Shown: in pieces, positions 1 to 10,190 of the stretch
Layout: each line of letters starts with the position of its first letter
How positions within the stretch are numbered: the first letter of the stretch is position 1
Virus record (IMG/VR): IMGVR_UViG_3300046003_007892
Span: 1-64,000 of that record
DNA: 64,000 nt
Reading direction: 5' to 3' (one strand)
Program-made: the position numbers and the translations under genes
Notes under the pieces: model-generated
What the model saw: the letters and a program-made list of their open reading frames with translations, nothing else
The model's database searches: none
What the model was told of the DNA's origin: nothing

Positions 1-850
1 CATTGAGGTCCCAGCCTACGGTATCCCAGCCCGGAACTCGGCGCAGTCCATCGTCGAGTTGGATGCGCATGCCAGAAGACAAGGCAGTCGGGGTGCTCTG
101 AAGCTCACGGATACCGTTCACGGATACGGTCGCCACGATGTTGAGGATGGGGGTCGGGTCGAACGTGACCTTTCCTTCAATGATCTTTTTCAGATTACCG
201 TAGCGATAGGTCTCGACGACGGCGTCTTCGACCGGAGGCGCATAGAGGTTGACGTGGTTCGCGCCAGAGCGAAGGAAGGCCTCATAGGGGATGCCGTCAA
301 CGAAAACGATGATCTCTTCATCGTCCACGCTGAACTCGTCCAGCGCGTCGGGCAGAGGAAACTGTGCGGTCGTGCCGTCAGCCGTAGTCGTCAGCGAATC
401 CGCTGACAGGACCAGGGCGGGAATCATGCGCGGGTTATCGCCGAACCAGTGATACTGCTGCGGGTTGGCAAGCTTGTCGATGTCAATGGGCGGGGCCCAA
501 GAGTAGAAATCACCAGCGAACAGTCTGTCATGGTTGTCCACGATGGCACCGTTGGAGCGAAGGTGCCCGACCAGATCAGAATAGAAGAGCACGCGGTCGA
601 TGGCGGTCTCGCCGCCCACCATGGTGGCTTCAAGCTGGTAGAAAGCACGCTCGGCTGTTTGCTCCGAGATGTAGAAATCCTTCTCCGCATCGAAGTACGA
701 TGGCACCTGCCCAACGTATCCGGTGAGGGACACTGCTTTGCCGGGCTGGAATGCGTGATCGACGGTTGCACCGAAGAACTTGGTCAAGTCCTCAGTGCGC
801 AGACGGGCGGGGAGGAGATCGATGAAACGACGCTTGTTTTGCTTAGCCAT
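1..850 (-). CDS. Virion structural (baseplate/tail) protein, runs off window start
   Basis: Missing from ORF track (no stop in window). ATG at 850, 5 nt after TAAATA; MAKQNKRRFIDLLPARL...; frame at window edge reads ...PGWDTVGWDLN; follows baseplate genes. Middle of frame not fully checked. Confidence 0.6.
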   Translation of the reverse strand, partial: MAKQNKRRFIDLLPARLRTEDLTKFFGATVDHAFQPGKAVSLTGYVGQVPSYFDAEKDFYISEQTAERAFYQLEATMVGGETAIDRVLFYSDLVGHLRSNGAIVDNHDRLFAGDFYSWAPPIDIDKLANPQQYHWFGDNPRMIPALVLSADSLTTTADGTTAQFPLPDALDEFSVDDEEIIVFVDGIPYEAFLRSGANHVNLYAPPVEDAVVETYRYGNLKKIIEGKVTFDPTPILNIVATVSVNGIRELQSTPTALSSGMRIQLDDGLRRVPGWDTVGWDLN

Positions 851-855
851 GTATG

Positions 856-861
856 TATTTA
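856..861 (-). promoter_or_regulatory. Late promoter TAAATA (second copy 881-886)
   Basis: T4-like late -10 element 5 nt before ATG. Confidence 0.6.
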
Positions 862-910
862 CCACCCCATTAAGGTCGGGTATTTAGCTAGGCTGAACAG
901 CGTCGTTTCT

Positions 911-3900
911 TTACTGCCACTTCCTGATCTTGAGGTTCGAAGCCGTATTGGAGTTGATGATCACGACGTCATTGACCTGGGCGGTCGAGAGGAAGATTTC
1001 ATCCGAACGACAGCGGACCTCGAAACCATCACCGAAGCTCGACGACGATTTGCGGGGAACGACGACAACCGAGCCGATCACGCCAGCGAGTTGCTGGTGG
1101 ATGTAGGCTGCGAGTTCCGTGTAGTAGAAAGTCTCACCGAAGTCCCACATCTGAACGTTGAAGTAATCATTTACGGCGCGGATGACGCGGGACTTGATTT
1201 CACCATCTGAAAGGGTGGTGTTTTCAAGCTTCACGACCTTGAACTGTGCGCTGAGGTCTTCTTCGGCTCCGAAGAGAAACTTGTATTGAACAGGGCGCCA
1301 AACAATCTCGTCGGAGAACATTTTGTAGTTGTTGAACTCGCTGAGCGCAATACGGAGATCGAGTTCGCTCGGGGGGAGAGGGAGATCAGCCTTTTTCGCG
1401 CCATTGGCCACCCACTGGCGCGTGACGTAGTCGTATTCCGACGTCAGGACAAATATGTCGATGATGTTGGTCTTGGACGGGTCGATGCGATGATCAGACG
1501 GGGCGTAATGCTTCCACTGGAAATTGATCGGGTATTGAGCAGGCGTCTTGGATTCGTCGGCCGTATACCAATCGATTGCTACGTTCGGTCCTCTGCCCAG
1601 TGCGAAACGATAAGCCTTGGACGTCATCAGGCCATCCACCGGGGACCAGCCCGAAGTTGTCATCTCGAAGAAGTTATTGGCCGTGCCGTCTGCTATCGAG
1701 GTCGAGTCTGGAAGCTGGAACGCGACGGTCCCAATAGGCGGCGTGGCGGCCAGCCGACGTGTGCTCGTTTCGTACACCGTCATGGTATAGTAGGGCAGGA
1801 ATCGGCCCTCGGCGTTTCGAGCCCAGAATAGGTATTTGGACTCCGGCGATACGGCATTAGAGTCAGCAACAACGCGGGCGAAAGTGTCGGGTTGGTCCGG
1901 CACGCCGTCCTCATCAGAGTCGATGAACGCTACTCCGACACGGAGGGGTTCAGCATAGCCGTCCGTGTAATGGATGAGGTTGGTGATCGAGAGATCGAAC
2001 GGGCGGTCGAGACTACGTCCCGTGCCGAGGTTGATGTCCTCGTTGACGGACATGACGCGCACTAGGTCTTGCTTCTGCAATCCGGTGTTGCCGTCTACGG
2101 CCTTGGCACCGTCGAAATACCATTGAACATTCCCCTGGCTCTCGAAGATATAGCGGAGACCAGCGGTGGTGATGCGCCACAGGTCACTGCTCACGTAATC
2201 GACGGTCATGATCTTGATTGTCGTTGACGTGATGGCCTCGTCTGTGGTGAGGGCGGGCGGGCCAATCATCCACGTTCCGGTTGCGAACTCGTACAGGATG
2301 GTGAAGGACGTGTTGTCCAGCAGCTTCTGCTCGATGTCAGCCAACGCCGAACTGGTCAAAGTTGAGTTGAAGCGCGGTATGATGCGCTCGACGCCCACTG
2401 TGGCCGGGACCGGCTTGGAGAAAGTCACGCCCTTACGGCCAGCACTCGGCTGAACTGTGATGTCACCATCGTCGATATCGACAATGCTCAACCACTCGCG
2501 GCCATCAGGCTTCAGGGCGACCAGTGCGCCGGGCTTCAGGGTCGGGCGAATAGCATGCGAGGAACCCACGTTGGCGAACCAACCCGTGCCGGAGATCGAA
2601 GAAGAGGTGGTGGGTCGGATTTCCATATCGGATGGAACTTCCGGGATGGCGGTCGTGGGGCGCATCATGGCCTCAATGGCGTAGTTTGAAGTCGATTGGC
2701 GGCGCAGCGCGGGCTGGATGTAGATCGCGACCATTTCGGCAGGCGTGCGGCTAAGCGACAGAGGAACCTCAACCGAGTAATCGTCGAACTCCTTGTAGAA
2801 CATTCCGTCGTCAGAGAATACGTTGGTGTCCTGGTAGTTGCCCGTGGGGTCGTTGAGGTCGATGAAGCGCGAATGGCCGGAGTAGATGCGATTCACCGCC
2901 TTCATCTTGACTGCCAGATTGGATTGCAGGGGGAAGGTGTTGTAGTCCTCACCCGAGACCATGCGGTTCTGGGTCGCGTAAACAGTCGGTGCGCGACGAC
3001 GGATTTGCTCGTCGGTCTCGCGCGGCGTCGAGTTCGTCACTGTTTCCTGGAGGGAGAAAGTTACCAGAAGGGTGCGCGGAATGCCACGGCGGTTCACATA
3101 AGGAACCGGGATGGTGACGCGGTCGATGTCCTGCGGCCGAATAGTGTAGCGTTGGCCATTCGAGACCCGATACCAGACGCGGATGTTGCCCACCGGGGCG
3201 GCACCGAAACGACCATCGGAGAAGCGGATGCTGATGCGGTCGTCATCTCGGGTCACGACCGAGAAAATGTTGCGGACAGTCGGCGGGAGGCTGTTGAAGG
3301 TCGTGTTTTCGCTAACGATGGCGGGGACCTTGGACCATTCGGTCGTGATCGCACCAGCGTCCGAGACGGTCTGAACCCAGACGTCGCTCTGGTTGATGTT
3401 GGAGACGTCGATGTCGATGAGTTTGTTCTCGACCGGAACCGGGACGTTGATGGTTTGGCGGCTCATCCGTCCCTGCTTGAAGTGAGCGAAGAAACCAGAA
3501 TTGGGAGACGCGTTTCCGGCGCCGTCCGTGCGGTGGAAGAGGTGGAAGGCAGCGTCGGGGTTGGGAGTCCGCTCAAAGAAACCTTGTGTCTCGTCGAAAT
3601 CACCGTTGCAGATTTCAAAATCCATGCGGTCGCCACCAGCCTGTGCGGTGAAGCCAGCGTTGATCTGCGAAGTCTTGCCGTTGATGCGATAGAGTTGAGT
3701 TCGGGCTCCGCCGATGGTAGCCGCCTTCAGGGGCTGACCGAACTGATTGTTCTGAACGAACGCGTTGTTCATGATCAGGGTGAAGCGTTCGTACCAATCC
3801 GGGTCGTCGCTGTTGTTCCACTGAACGGCGGTGTTGGACAGATTGACCCCGTAACCGTCAATGACGTCGTCGTCCGTCTGAATTTCGACGATCTTGAGCA

Positions 3901-4249
3901 GACCGCGAGCGGGCTGGTTACGGCGCGGGTTGTATGACAGGAAACGAGCAAGGCGAAGGATGGATTCGCGGCTCTCGGCGGTTTCGAGAAAGTTCTCCCG
4001 AGCGTTGATGTCAGTCTTGAACGCCAGGGTTCCAGCGAGCCAGGACAGGAGGTCGATGATGAAGATGAACTCCTGGGATTCAATCCAGTCGTTGAAATCT
4101 TCCGGGTAGTTGATCTGAATATACTCACGCAGGGCGCGGTTGATCGACGCCGGGTCTGAGGCGTTGAAGTTCACCTGCGTGAACGCACGGTAGATGACCT
4201 TCCAGTCGGCTCCGCTAAAAATTTCTGACTGTCGAAGGGCCTGGGACAT
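911..4249 (-). CDS. Baseplate wedge subunit (T4 gp6-like), 1112 aa
   Basis: N-term ...EDFNDWIESQEFIFIIDLLSWLAGTLAFKTDINARENFLETAESRESILRLARFLSY; FSDGRFG; RRAPTVYATQNRMVSGEDY typical of gp6/baseplate-J-like wedge proteins. Confidence 0.85.
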   Translation of the reverse strand: MSQALRQSEIFSGADWKVIYRAFTQVNFNASDPASINRALREYIQINYPEDFNDWIESQEFIFIIDLLSWLAGTLAFKTDINARENFLETAESRESILRLARFLSYNPRRNQPARGLLKIVEIQTDDDVIDGYGVNLSNTAVQWNNSDDPDWYERFTLIMNNAFVQNNQFGQPLKAATIGGARTQLYRINGKTSQINAGFTAQAGGDRMDFEICNGDFDETQGFFERTPNPDAAFHLFHRTDGAGNASPNSGFFAHFKQGRMSRQTINVPVPVENKLIDIDVSNINQSDVWVQTVSDAGAITTEWSKVPAIVSENTTFNSLPPTVRNIFSVVTRDDDRISIRFSDGRFGAAPVGNIRVWYRVSNGQRYTIRPQDIDRVTIPVPYVNRRGIPRTLLVTFSLQETVTNSTPRETDEQIRRRAPTVYATQNRMVSGEDYNTFPLQSNLAVKMKAVNRIYSGHSRFIDLNDPTGNYQDTNVFSDDGMFYKEFDDYSVEVPLSLSRTPAEMVAIYIQPALRRQSTSNYAIEAMMRPTTAIPEVPSDMEIRPTTSSSISGTGWFANVGSSHAIRPTLKPGALVALKPDGREWLSIVDIDDGDITVQPSAGRKGVTFSKPVPATVGVERIIPRFNSTLTSSALADIEQKLLDNTSFTILYEFATGTWMIGPPALTTDEAITSTTIKIMTVDYVSSDLWRITTAGLRYIFESQGNVQWYFDGAKAVDGNTGLQKQDLVRVMSVNEDINLGTGRSLDRPFDLSITNLIHYTDGYAEPLRVGVAFIDSDEDGVPDQPDTFARVVADSNAVSPESKYLFWARNAEGRFLPYYTMTVYETSTRRLAATPPIGTVAFQLPDSTSIADGTANNFFEMTTSGWSPVDGLMTSKAYRFALGRGPNVAIDWYTADESKTPAQYPINFQWKHYAPSDHRIDPSKTNIIDIFVLTSEYDYVTRQWVANGAKKADLPLPPSELDLRIALSEFNNYKMFSDEIVWRPVQYKFLFGAEEDLSAQFKVVKLENTTLSDGEIKSRVIRAVNDYFNVQMWDFGETFYYTELAAYIHQQLAGVIGSVVVVPRKSSSSFGDGFEVRCRSDEIFLSTAQVNDVVIINSNTASNLKIRKWQ

Positions 4250-4257
4250 ACTTTTCC

Positions 4258-4653
4258 TTAGAATTCTGGATTGTTGAGGCGGGCAGTTTCCCGACGCTCG
4301 AAGTCGATTGCGAAAGTTTCCACGACATCGAGCGGGATGAAGTCGAGTTCAATCGCTACCCGGATGCCCTGATCTTGGTCGGTGACGTTGACGTTGATGA
4401 CGCGGACGCGAGCGTCTTCCTGACAGACCCGGACAGCCTCAGAGATGATGCGGTCGCGGAGATCGTTGGTGTAGGGTTCGAACAACCAATCCCATATGCG
4501 GCAACCCCACGAAGCTCTCATCACCCGGTCACCCACACGAGTGTGGAAGTGATTGCCGAGGTCGCGCTTTATGAGTTCGACGTCATAGTGGACCCAGTTG
4601 CGAGTCTTTGCCTCACCAACCGTGCTGAATCCCTTGAACATCTTACGTGCCAT
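4258..4653 (-). CDS. Baseplate wedge protein, gp25/GPW-like
   Basis: DVELIKRDLGNHFHTRVGDRVMRASWGCRIWDWLFEP...EDARV pattern; adjacent to gp6-like gene. Confidence 0.85.
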   Translation of the reverse strand: MARKMFKGFSTVGEAKTRNWVHYDVELIKRDLGNHFHTRVGDRVMRASWGCRIWDWLFEPYTNDLRDRIISEAVRVCQEDARVRVINVNVTDQDQGIRVAIELDFIPLDVVETFAIDFERRETARLNNPEF

Positions 4654-4677
4654 CAATAATCCCCGAAGCTATGTCGG

Positions 4678-4721
4678 TATTTATTCCCGCATAAACTCCA
4701 GAGATTTGAACCCGCTAAATA
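4678..4721. promoter_or_regulatory. Divergent late promoters TAAATA (4678-4683 minus; 4716-4721 plus)
   Basis: Motif on each strand facing the baseplate operon and the hydrolase. Confidence 0.6.
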
Positions 4722-4726
4722 TGGGC

Positions 4727-5464
4727 ATGCGCGAACACATCGACCTCGTTGATCAAGACTTCGAAGACCTCGTAGAGGCAGACCTGAGACGATTCCTGGC
4801 TGCGGCCGGTGCGGCAGGCTTGATCGCTGGCGGAGCCATCGCGGCTCATAAGGTCGGTGGAGACAAAGCCGAAGTTTCTCGGGATTGGACCGAAGACGAT
4901 ATGCCGATTTTCGGCGATGGGGATTGGGGTGGGCCCGAAGAAGAACAGGTCCGTCTGGCTCCTAGTCGCGGGGGCGCCCTGCATAGCGAATACACCGCCC
5001 GTGACACCGCCTATCTCGCAGCCACGATCTGGGGCGAGGCCCGGTCGGAAAAAGCTCTGGGGATGCGAGCCGTGGCACACGTGATCATGAACCGCGCCCG
5101 ATCACAGCGGTGGGGAAGCTCCCTTGAAGAGGTGGTCCGCCGCCGCAAGCAATTCTCGTGCTGGAACTCGAACGATGACAACCGCGCCAAGATCAACCGC
5201 ATGGCCCAGATTGATCGCTATCTAAAATCCCAGCCAGAGGGTTACGAGCGGTGGCTGGCAAAGTTCCAACGCAGCGACGAATATCCCGAGTATCTGTTGT
5301 GGCTCCAGGCCAAGAAAATCGCCCGTGACGTCGTGGCCGGAAACACCTCCGACATCACCGATGGCGCGCTCTTCTACCACACGACAGCGATCAACCCATA
5401 CTGGGCTCCGACCATGACACCCATCAAGACCATCGGGAACCACACCTTCCTCACCGACCGTTAA
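4727..5464 (+). CDS. Cell wall hydrolase, SleB/Hydrolase_2 family
   Basis: LAATIWGEARSE, VIMNR, QFSCWN, GALFYHT, IGNHTF motifs; start reassigned to ATG 5 nt after TAAATA. Confidence 0.85.
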   Translation: MREHIDLVDQDFEDLVEADLRRFLAAAGAAGLIAGGAIAAHKVGGDKAEVSRDWTEDDMPIFGDGDWGGPEEEQVRLAPSRGGALHSEYTARDTAYLAATIWGEARSEKALGMRAVAHVIMNRARSQRWGSSLEEVVRRRKQFSCWNSNDDNRAKINRMAQIDRYLKSQPEGYERWLAKFQRSDEYPEYLLWLQAKKIARDVVAGNTSDITDGALFYHTTAINPYWAPTMTPIKTIGNHTFLTDR

Positions 5465-5470
5465 AATGGT

Positions 5471-5498
5471 TTGACCAAACTGCTCGTCGTGGTAGTAG
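5471..5498 (+). promoter_or_regulatory. Sigma70-like early promoter
   Basis: TTGACC-N16-TAGTAG, 7 nt before ATG 5506. Confidence 0.5.
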
Positions 5499-5505
5499 CG
5501 CGGCC

Positions 5506-6507
5506 ATGAGCAAACTTCGAACAGGTGACGAACTTCGCCGCTTCCTAGCGGATGAATCCATCAAGACCATGATGGTGTTCGCCGATAGCTGGAAGCTCCT
5601 GCGCTACATGCAGGACGAGCTTGCGCCGCGCGTGGGGGACTACCTCGTCCGAGGTGGTCTAATCGTGGACATCAACACGTGGACTGTCGGGGTCTCGGAC
5701 CCGAACTGGCCGGTTGTGCGTCGCCACCCCGTGGCCGATTTCGCCAGCAAGACGGCCCGCAACCATTACGTCGATTCCCATCGTCCCAAGATCGAACTCG
5801 ACTTCGAGCGGCGGCATCAGGGTCGCAAGCTCTTCCTCGATTCCTTGGTCGCCGCCATGGATGAGCGAGCGCGAATGTGGTTCCGCGAGAGCCCCTCCGA
5901 GATCGTGCAGGACTGGCTCGGCCTCGACATGCACCCCGGCAAGCTGTCCGATTTTCAGGACTTCACGGGGGTGCGCTTGGATGCGTGGTATTTCCTCGGC
6001 ATTCTGACCCGCTGCCCCCAGCACACCGACGAGTTCATGAACTTCGTGCTCGGGCCGTTCGCGAGCAAGCTCAAAGCCATGGGTCTGGGTTTCGACGAGC
6101 GCAATCGTGCGTTCAACATCCACGGCTTCATGATGCTCTTGGAGGCGTTCGACATCGACTGCATCCCGTCAGGGGTGAAGCGGGAGTTCTACGAGACCCT
6201 ACTGAACCGGTTCAACGATGAGTGGGCGCGCGAATCCATGGCTGGCGACTTGGACGGTGGCGAGTCCGCAGCCCGTGTGGTCTTCTTCTCCATCCTGGCC
6301 GACGTGATCGAACCGACGCTGTCGGGCCCCTCGACATCCGAGATCGCCACCATCGTGGACACCATCATGGCCGCCAACCCAGACAAGGTCGCGCTGGCGC
6401 GTGATGACCAGCGCATCGTTGGTTGGTTCATCGGTCAGGTCAACAAGGCCTCCGAGACCAAGCTCGACGCCCACACCGTCCGCAACCTCATTCTCGAACG
6501 GCTCTGA
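5506..6507 (+). CDS. Protein with C-terminal GatB/YqeY domain
   Basis: C-term IVDTIMAANPDKV...IVGWFIGQVNKASETKLDAHTVRNLILERL matches GatB tail. Confidence 0.7.
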   Translation: MSKLRTGDELRRFLADESIKTMMVFADSWKLLRYMQDELAPRVGDYLVRGGLIVDINTWTVGVSDPNWPVVRRHPVADFASKTARNHYVDSHRPKIELDFERRHQGRKLFLDSLVAAMDERARMWFRESPSEIVQDWLGLDMHPGKLSDFQDFTGVRLDAWYFLGILTRCPQHTDEFMNFVLGPFASKLKAMGLGFDERNRAFNIHGFMMLLEAFDIDCIPSGVKREFYETLLNRFNDEWARESMAGDLDGGESAARVVFFSILADVIEPTLSGPSTSEIATIVDTIMAANPDKVALARDDQRIVGWFIGQVNKASETKLDAHTVRNLILERL

Positions 6508-6525
6508 CGCCAGAAACGACCCACC

Positions 6526-7233
6526 ATGTCCACTCGTTCCTATATCGGAAAAGTCGAAAACGACGGCAGTGTGCGCTACATTTACTGCCACAGTGACGGC
6601 TACATGTCGCACAATGGTGTCTTGCTGTTCTTCTTCTACAGTGACCCGAAGAAATTGGATAAACTCCTCCACGAGGGAGATGTAAGCAGTCTCGGAGCGG
6701 AGATCGGCAAGAAACACGGATGGGACCAACACTCCTGGAATGAAGACAGCGGGATTCCCGTAACGTGGTCGAAGTTCTACGCTCGTGAACGCGGCGACGC
6801 CATGAGGAGATGGTCTCACCCGAGCGAGCAGGAGTTTTGGGCCAAAAGTGACGAAATCCCTTACCTGTTCAAGGACGGGGAATGGTACAGCGAGGATTCT
6901 GGTTGGCCCAAGACGCCCGAAAACACGGTCAAGTTCTCACTCCGAGACCATCTCGGCAAATGCATGGTCAAATGCAGCTATGACGGGGGAACTATCGGAC
7001 TGTCCGATATTGCCTTCTATGAGATCACCGACCCGGAAGACTACGAGGAGGGCGAGAAATCCGAATACGAGGTCGCCGTCGAAGAGGCCCCTCACGGCTC
7101 GATCTTCCTCAAAGACATATTCGATTTCTGCGAGAAAGAACGGGTCAAGCCCAGGTGGTCAGGAAACTACAACGACATCCACATGACGCTTTCCAAGAAA
7201 GCCATGACGAAGTTCGTCCTTCTGCACTGCTAG
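6526..7233 (+). CDS. Conserved phage hypothetical protein
   Basis: MSTRS...IYCHSDGY N-terminus common in phage hypotheticals. Confidence 0.7.
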   Translation: MSTRSYIGKVENDGSVRYIYCHSDGYMSHNGVLLFFFYSDPKKLDKLLHEGDVSSLGAEIGKKHGWDQHSWNEDSGIPVTWSKFYARERGDAMRRWSHPSEQEFWAKSDEIPYLFKDGEWYSEDSGWPKTPENTVKFSLRDHLGKCMVKCSYDGGTIGLSDIAFYEITDPEDYEEGEKSEYEVAVEEAPHGSIFLKDIFDFCEKERVKPRWSGNYNDIHMTLSKKAMTKFVLLHC

Positions 7234-7742
7234 GCGCCCATCTCCTCGAAATCCAGCAGGACCCACTTCGTGAGCGTCTTGGTATCGACCGGGAGCTTGA
7301 GGCAACGGTCGGCGTCGGTGATGCGCCGCAGTGCGTCACCGCGATAGTGGTTGACGACCTTCGAGCCGTTGCGGACTGCTCTTTTCACCGTCAAGCCGCC
7401 GATCTTAGAAATCTGGGTGATCTCCCCAACCTCCAACGCATGACTGGAGTTTCCGGCCGGGACCGAATAGGTCACCCAGTCGCCGATCTTGAGTTCTCTC
7501 TCTGACATGTCGGTGACGGGCTCAATCATGGCCGTCCCGTTGATGTCCACGTATTCGATATCCCGATATGGGAATGACTTCGCTTCAACTCCGAAGCCCC
7601 AAGCAACGAACACCACCGATGAAGAGTATGATCTCCCCATCAAATGACCGATCTTGCCTTTATGCTTACCAGATGTTGAAGTGACTTCGGGGTAGGGGAG
7701 TTCACTTTCGTGAGGAACTTCTTGGAATTGCCATTGACGCAT
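7230..7742 (-). CDS. Hypothetical protein
   Basis: 170-aa ORF convergent with upstream gene. Confidence 0.6.
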   Translation of the reverse strand: MRQWQFQEVPHESELPYPEVTSTSGKHKGKIGHLMGRSYSSSVVFVAWGFGVEAKSFPYRDIEYVDINGTAMIEPVTDMSERELKIGDWVTYSVPAGNSSHALEVGEITQISKIGGLTVKRAVRNGSKVVNHYRGDALRRITDADRCLKLPVDTKTLTKWVLLDFEEMGA

Positions 7743-7787
7743 GAGAGAAGTCTACTTGTCGATGGGAGTAACCTTCAATATTTTTGC

Positions 7788-7815
7788 TTGACCTCAGTCC
7801 AGAAACTTGTAAAGT
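7788..7815 (+). promoter_or_regulatory. Sigma70-like early promoter
   Basis: TTTTTGC-TTGACC-N16-TAAAGT; SD GAGGAG before ATG 7839. Confidence 0.55.
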
Positions 7816-7838
7816 AAAGGCGAACAGAGGAGAACGTC

Positions 7839-8519
7839 ATGGGTCGTCGCGCGCACAACAACCATTTCGACACCGGCAAGACCAAGACGACCTCGTGGGG
7901 CTCTCAGGAAGCCATCGCCCTGTGCGGCGAGGCCTGGACCTTCCGGGGTGGCGTCGTCACCGACGAAGCTCGCGTCTCCTGCTCGAAATGCGCCAAGCTC
8001 CTCGCCCAGCAGAAAATGGGGCCCGACTTCCCCGTGCGGGTCGAGAAGATCGAGCACAAGGGATATCGGTTCGCCTACGCGGCCTACCTCAACGACGAGC
8101 ACATCGGCTACATCGTCTACGACGGCGGCTACGCGAGCGGTCGCTGGTATATTGCCGCCATCCGCCTCAATGCCGGGGACGCCATCGACATCGGCCACCA
8201 GTTGGACGACCAGCACGCCCGCTACCCGAAGGCCGTGCCGTATCGGTCCAAGGAAAACGCCATGCTGGAGATTCCGGCCTTGGCCGCCGCCGAGCGTCTC
8301 AAGACCACGCCGACGCTCATCCGCGAGCAGGCCGAGTGGGAAATCGAACTCGAACGCCGGGGCAAAGAAAACGCCCGCAAGAAAGCGGAAGCCGCGCAGG
8401 CCCGCGAGGAGACCGCGATGGGCTTGCAGGAGATCATCGCCCTTCAGGAGGCCGGGGCCATCTCCCTGTCGAACTTCCAGATCACCGCGCTCCAGAACGC
8501 CCTTAAGGCCTGCCTCTGA
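7839..8519 (+). CDS. Hypothetical protein
   Basis: SD, GC3-rich codon usage. Confidence 0.7.
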   Translation: MGRRAHNNHFDTGKTKTTSWGSQEAIALCGEAWTFRGGVVTDEARVSCSKCAKLLAQQKMGPDFPVRVEKIEHKGYRFAYAAYLNDEHIGYIVYDGGYASGRWYIAAIRLNAGDAIDIGHQLDDQHARYPKAVPYRSKENAMLEIPALAAAERLKTTPTLIREQAEWEIELERRGKENARKKAEAAQAREETAMGLQEIIALQEAGAISLSNFQITALQNALKACL

Positions 8520-8917
8520 TGTTCTGCACCAAGAAAAATGCGGTCGCGCTCGTCCGCCTGATGCAGTTGACCAAGGATACCGGTCGAAACATCGGACGAG
8601 GGGAGGACCGGCGCCTGCTGGCCCCCATCTCGCGCATCTGGCTCGACTACGTCTGCCGCGACGAGATTGTTGTCCGATATGAAAAGCGAGGCGACCGCTA
8701 CAGCCTCGATTTCCTGGAAGCATATCTGGAGTTCAATCGGGAACATCAGACGAAGGACATCAGGACCGTGTCGTGTGGTCAGGTTGAGCGCATCATGGCC
8801 GAAGGCTGGTGCGCCGTCGTCCGCAATGGGAAACCGGTCCAGGTCAGTGGTGATCTCCAAAAGATGGAATGCGACCTCTCGAAGCTCATCCTGTGCGGGG
8901 ACCTGGAGGTCTCGTGA
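8519..8917 (+). CDS. Hypothetical protein
   Basis: TGATG coupling to upstream gene. Confidence 0.65.
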   Translation: MFCTKKNAVALVRLMQLTKDTGRNIGRGEDRRLLAPISRIWLDYVCRDEIVVRYEKRGDRYSLDFLEAYLEFNREHQTKDIRTVSCGQVERIMAEGWCAVVRNGKPVQVSGDLQKMECDLSKLILCGDLEVS

Positions 8918-9396
8918 GCGTCTACACGTGGATGAACGATTTGGGCCGGGATGCGAAGCGCGAGGAATACGGGGCGCACGCCTCGTTGTGCCGTGAACTC
9001 CGCCACGTCCCCGCCTATCGGATGAACGGCTGGCGGGGTATGCGGGGCGAGACGCTTGGGGAGGCCGTCGTCGATAGCCTGCACCGCCACCATTCCGTCT
9101 TCAAGTTCCTCGTCGTGGTCAAGTTCGAAGAATCCCTGCGGGTCCACAACGCGTGGGCTGGGGCACCGGGCGTCGATCTCATAAAGGCGTTCAGCGACGT
9201 CGGCTATCGACCGGCCGAATGGACCTCGCTGCACGACGACCAGTACGGCTACATGCTGTTCTCGATGAGCCGAGACGCCATGATGGCCAAGATGCTTTAT
9301 GAATACGGACCCGACGTTTCGATATATAAGCTGTCGGAGTGGAGCACAAATCGCTGGGCTGCGACCGTTATACTTGACGACGACCCCGACATCTAA
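8914..9396 (+). CDS. Hypothetical protein
   Basis: GTGA overlap start (MSVYTWMND). Confidence 0.65.
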   Translation: MSVYTWMNDLGRDAKREEYGAHASLCRELRHVPAYRMNGWRGMRGETLGEAVVDSLHRHHSVFKFLVVVKFEESLRVHNAWAGAPGVDLIKAFSDVGYRPAEWTSLHDDQYGYMLFSMSRDAMMAKMLYEYGPDVSIYKLSEWSTNRWAATVILDDDPDI

Positions 9397-9899
9397 GAAT
9401 AGATTCGACTCCTGTTCTCCAGACTCTGTATAGTCCGACTCATTGGTGCTCAGCACCCATAAATCGCATCCAGGGCCGGATAGATCGCGGTGGGGCCCGT
9501 CGCAAAGCGTTCAAGACAGTCGGCACACACCGGGTGGACACGCAGGCAGGATGGCCAACGAGACGGAGGGTCGTGGTTGACTCAACTGGCCGAGGAAGGC
9601 AGGCGCATAACCGAGAGGCGCGCGGACCACGATCAGACGGCTGCTCGGCGCGATCTCGCGCGAAAGGCACTATGCAAAGAGGAGGGCTCTGTCCACTGGT
9701 TGACATCCCTCCGCGCATCTCGGGTTCTCTGAACGCCTGGGATGCGTTGCTTGAAACTTCAATGTTTCATAACCGTTTGACCACTTAAGAAGCTCGCCGG
9801 GGCGCAACGACGGCAGATTAATTCACCCTGCGTGAAATCTGACCGATACTCGTGGAGGCCCCGATTACAGGAGGAAGCTTGGTCGGGAATGGGCTGTTC

Positions 9900-10190
9900 A
9901 TGCTGGTATCGGGAAACCGCCAGCCGTCTGTAAAAAGTCACCGCAGCTATCAGACTAATCGACTCAGGATTAGATATTCTCTCCCTGTTGATGACTTCCT
10001 ACGTGGAGTTCTCAACGGGGGGAGAATACGCTGACGATCTAGGATTAGTATAAGGGATTGATAGTCTATAGGATATCAGCTTGCTTGTTCTTGATGTCCT
10101 ATAAGACATAGCTGGTGTCTCAAGCGAACGAGCATAGCGAGTGAGACGAGCACCAGCAGGGGGTGTGAGTGAAACGAAACCCCCTCTGAT
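9900..10190. other. Non-coding AT-richer, hairpin-containing segment; candidate replication origin
   Basis: No credible ORF in 9397-10190; ~40% GC at 10021-10080; GCGAACGAGCATAGCGAGTGAG and GAGTGAAACGAA bulged hairpins. Confidence 0.3.

Noticed and set aside
449-3937. Long plus-strand ORFs (449-1210, 1286-1831, 2696-3937)
   Set aside because: Antisense shadows of the baseplate genes, typical of high-GC3 coding DNA; no motifs.
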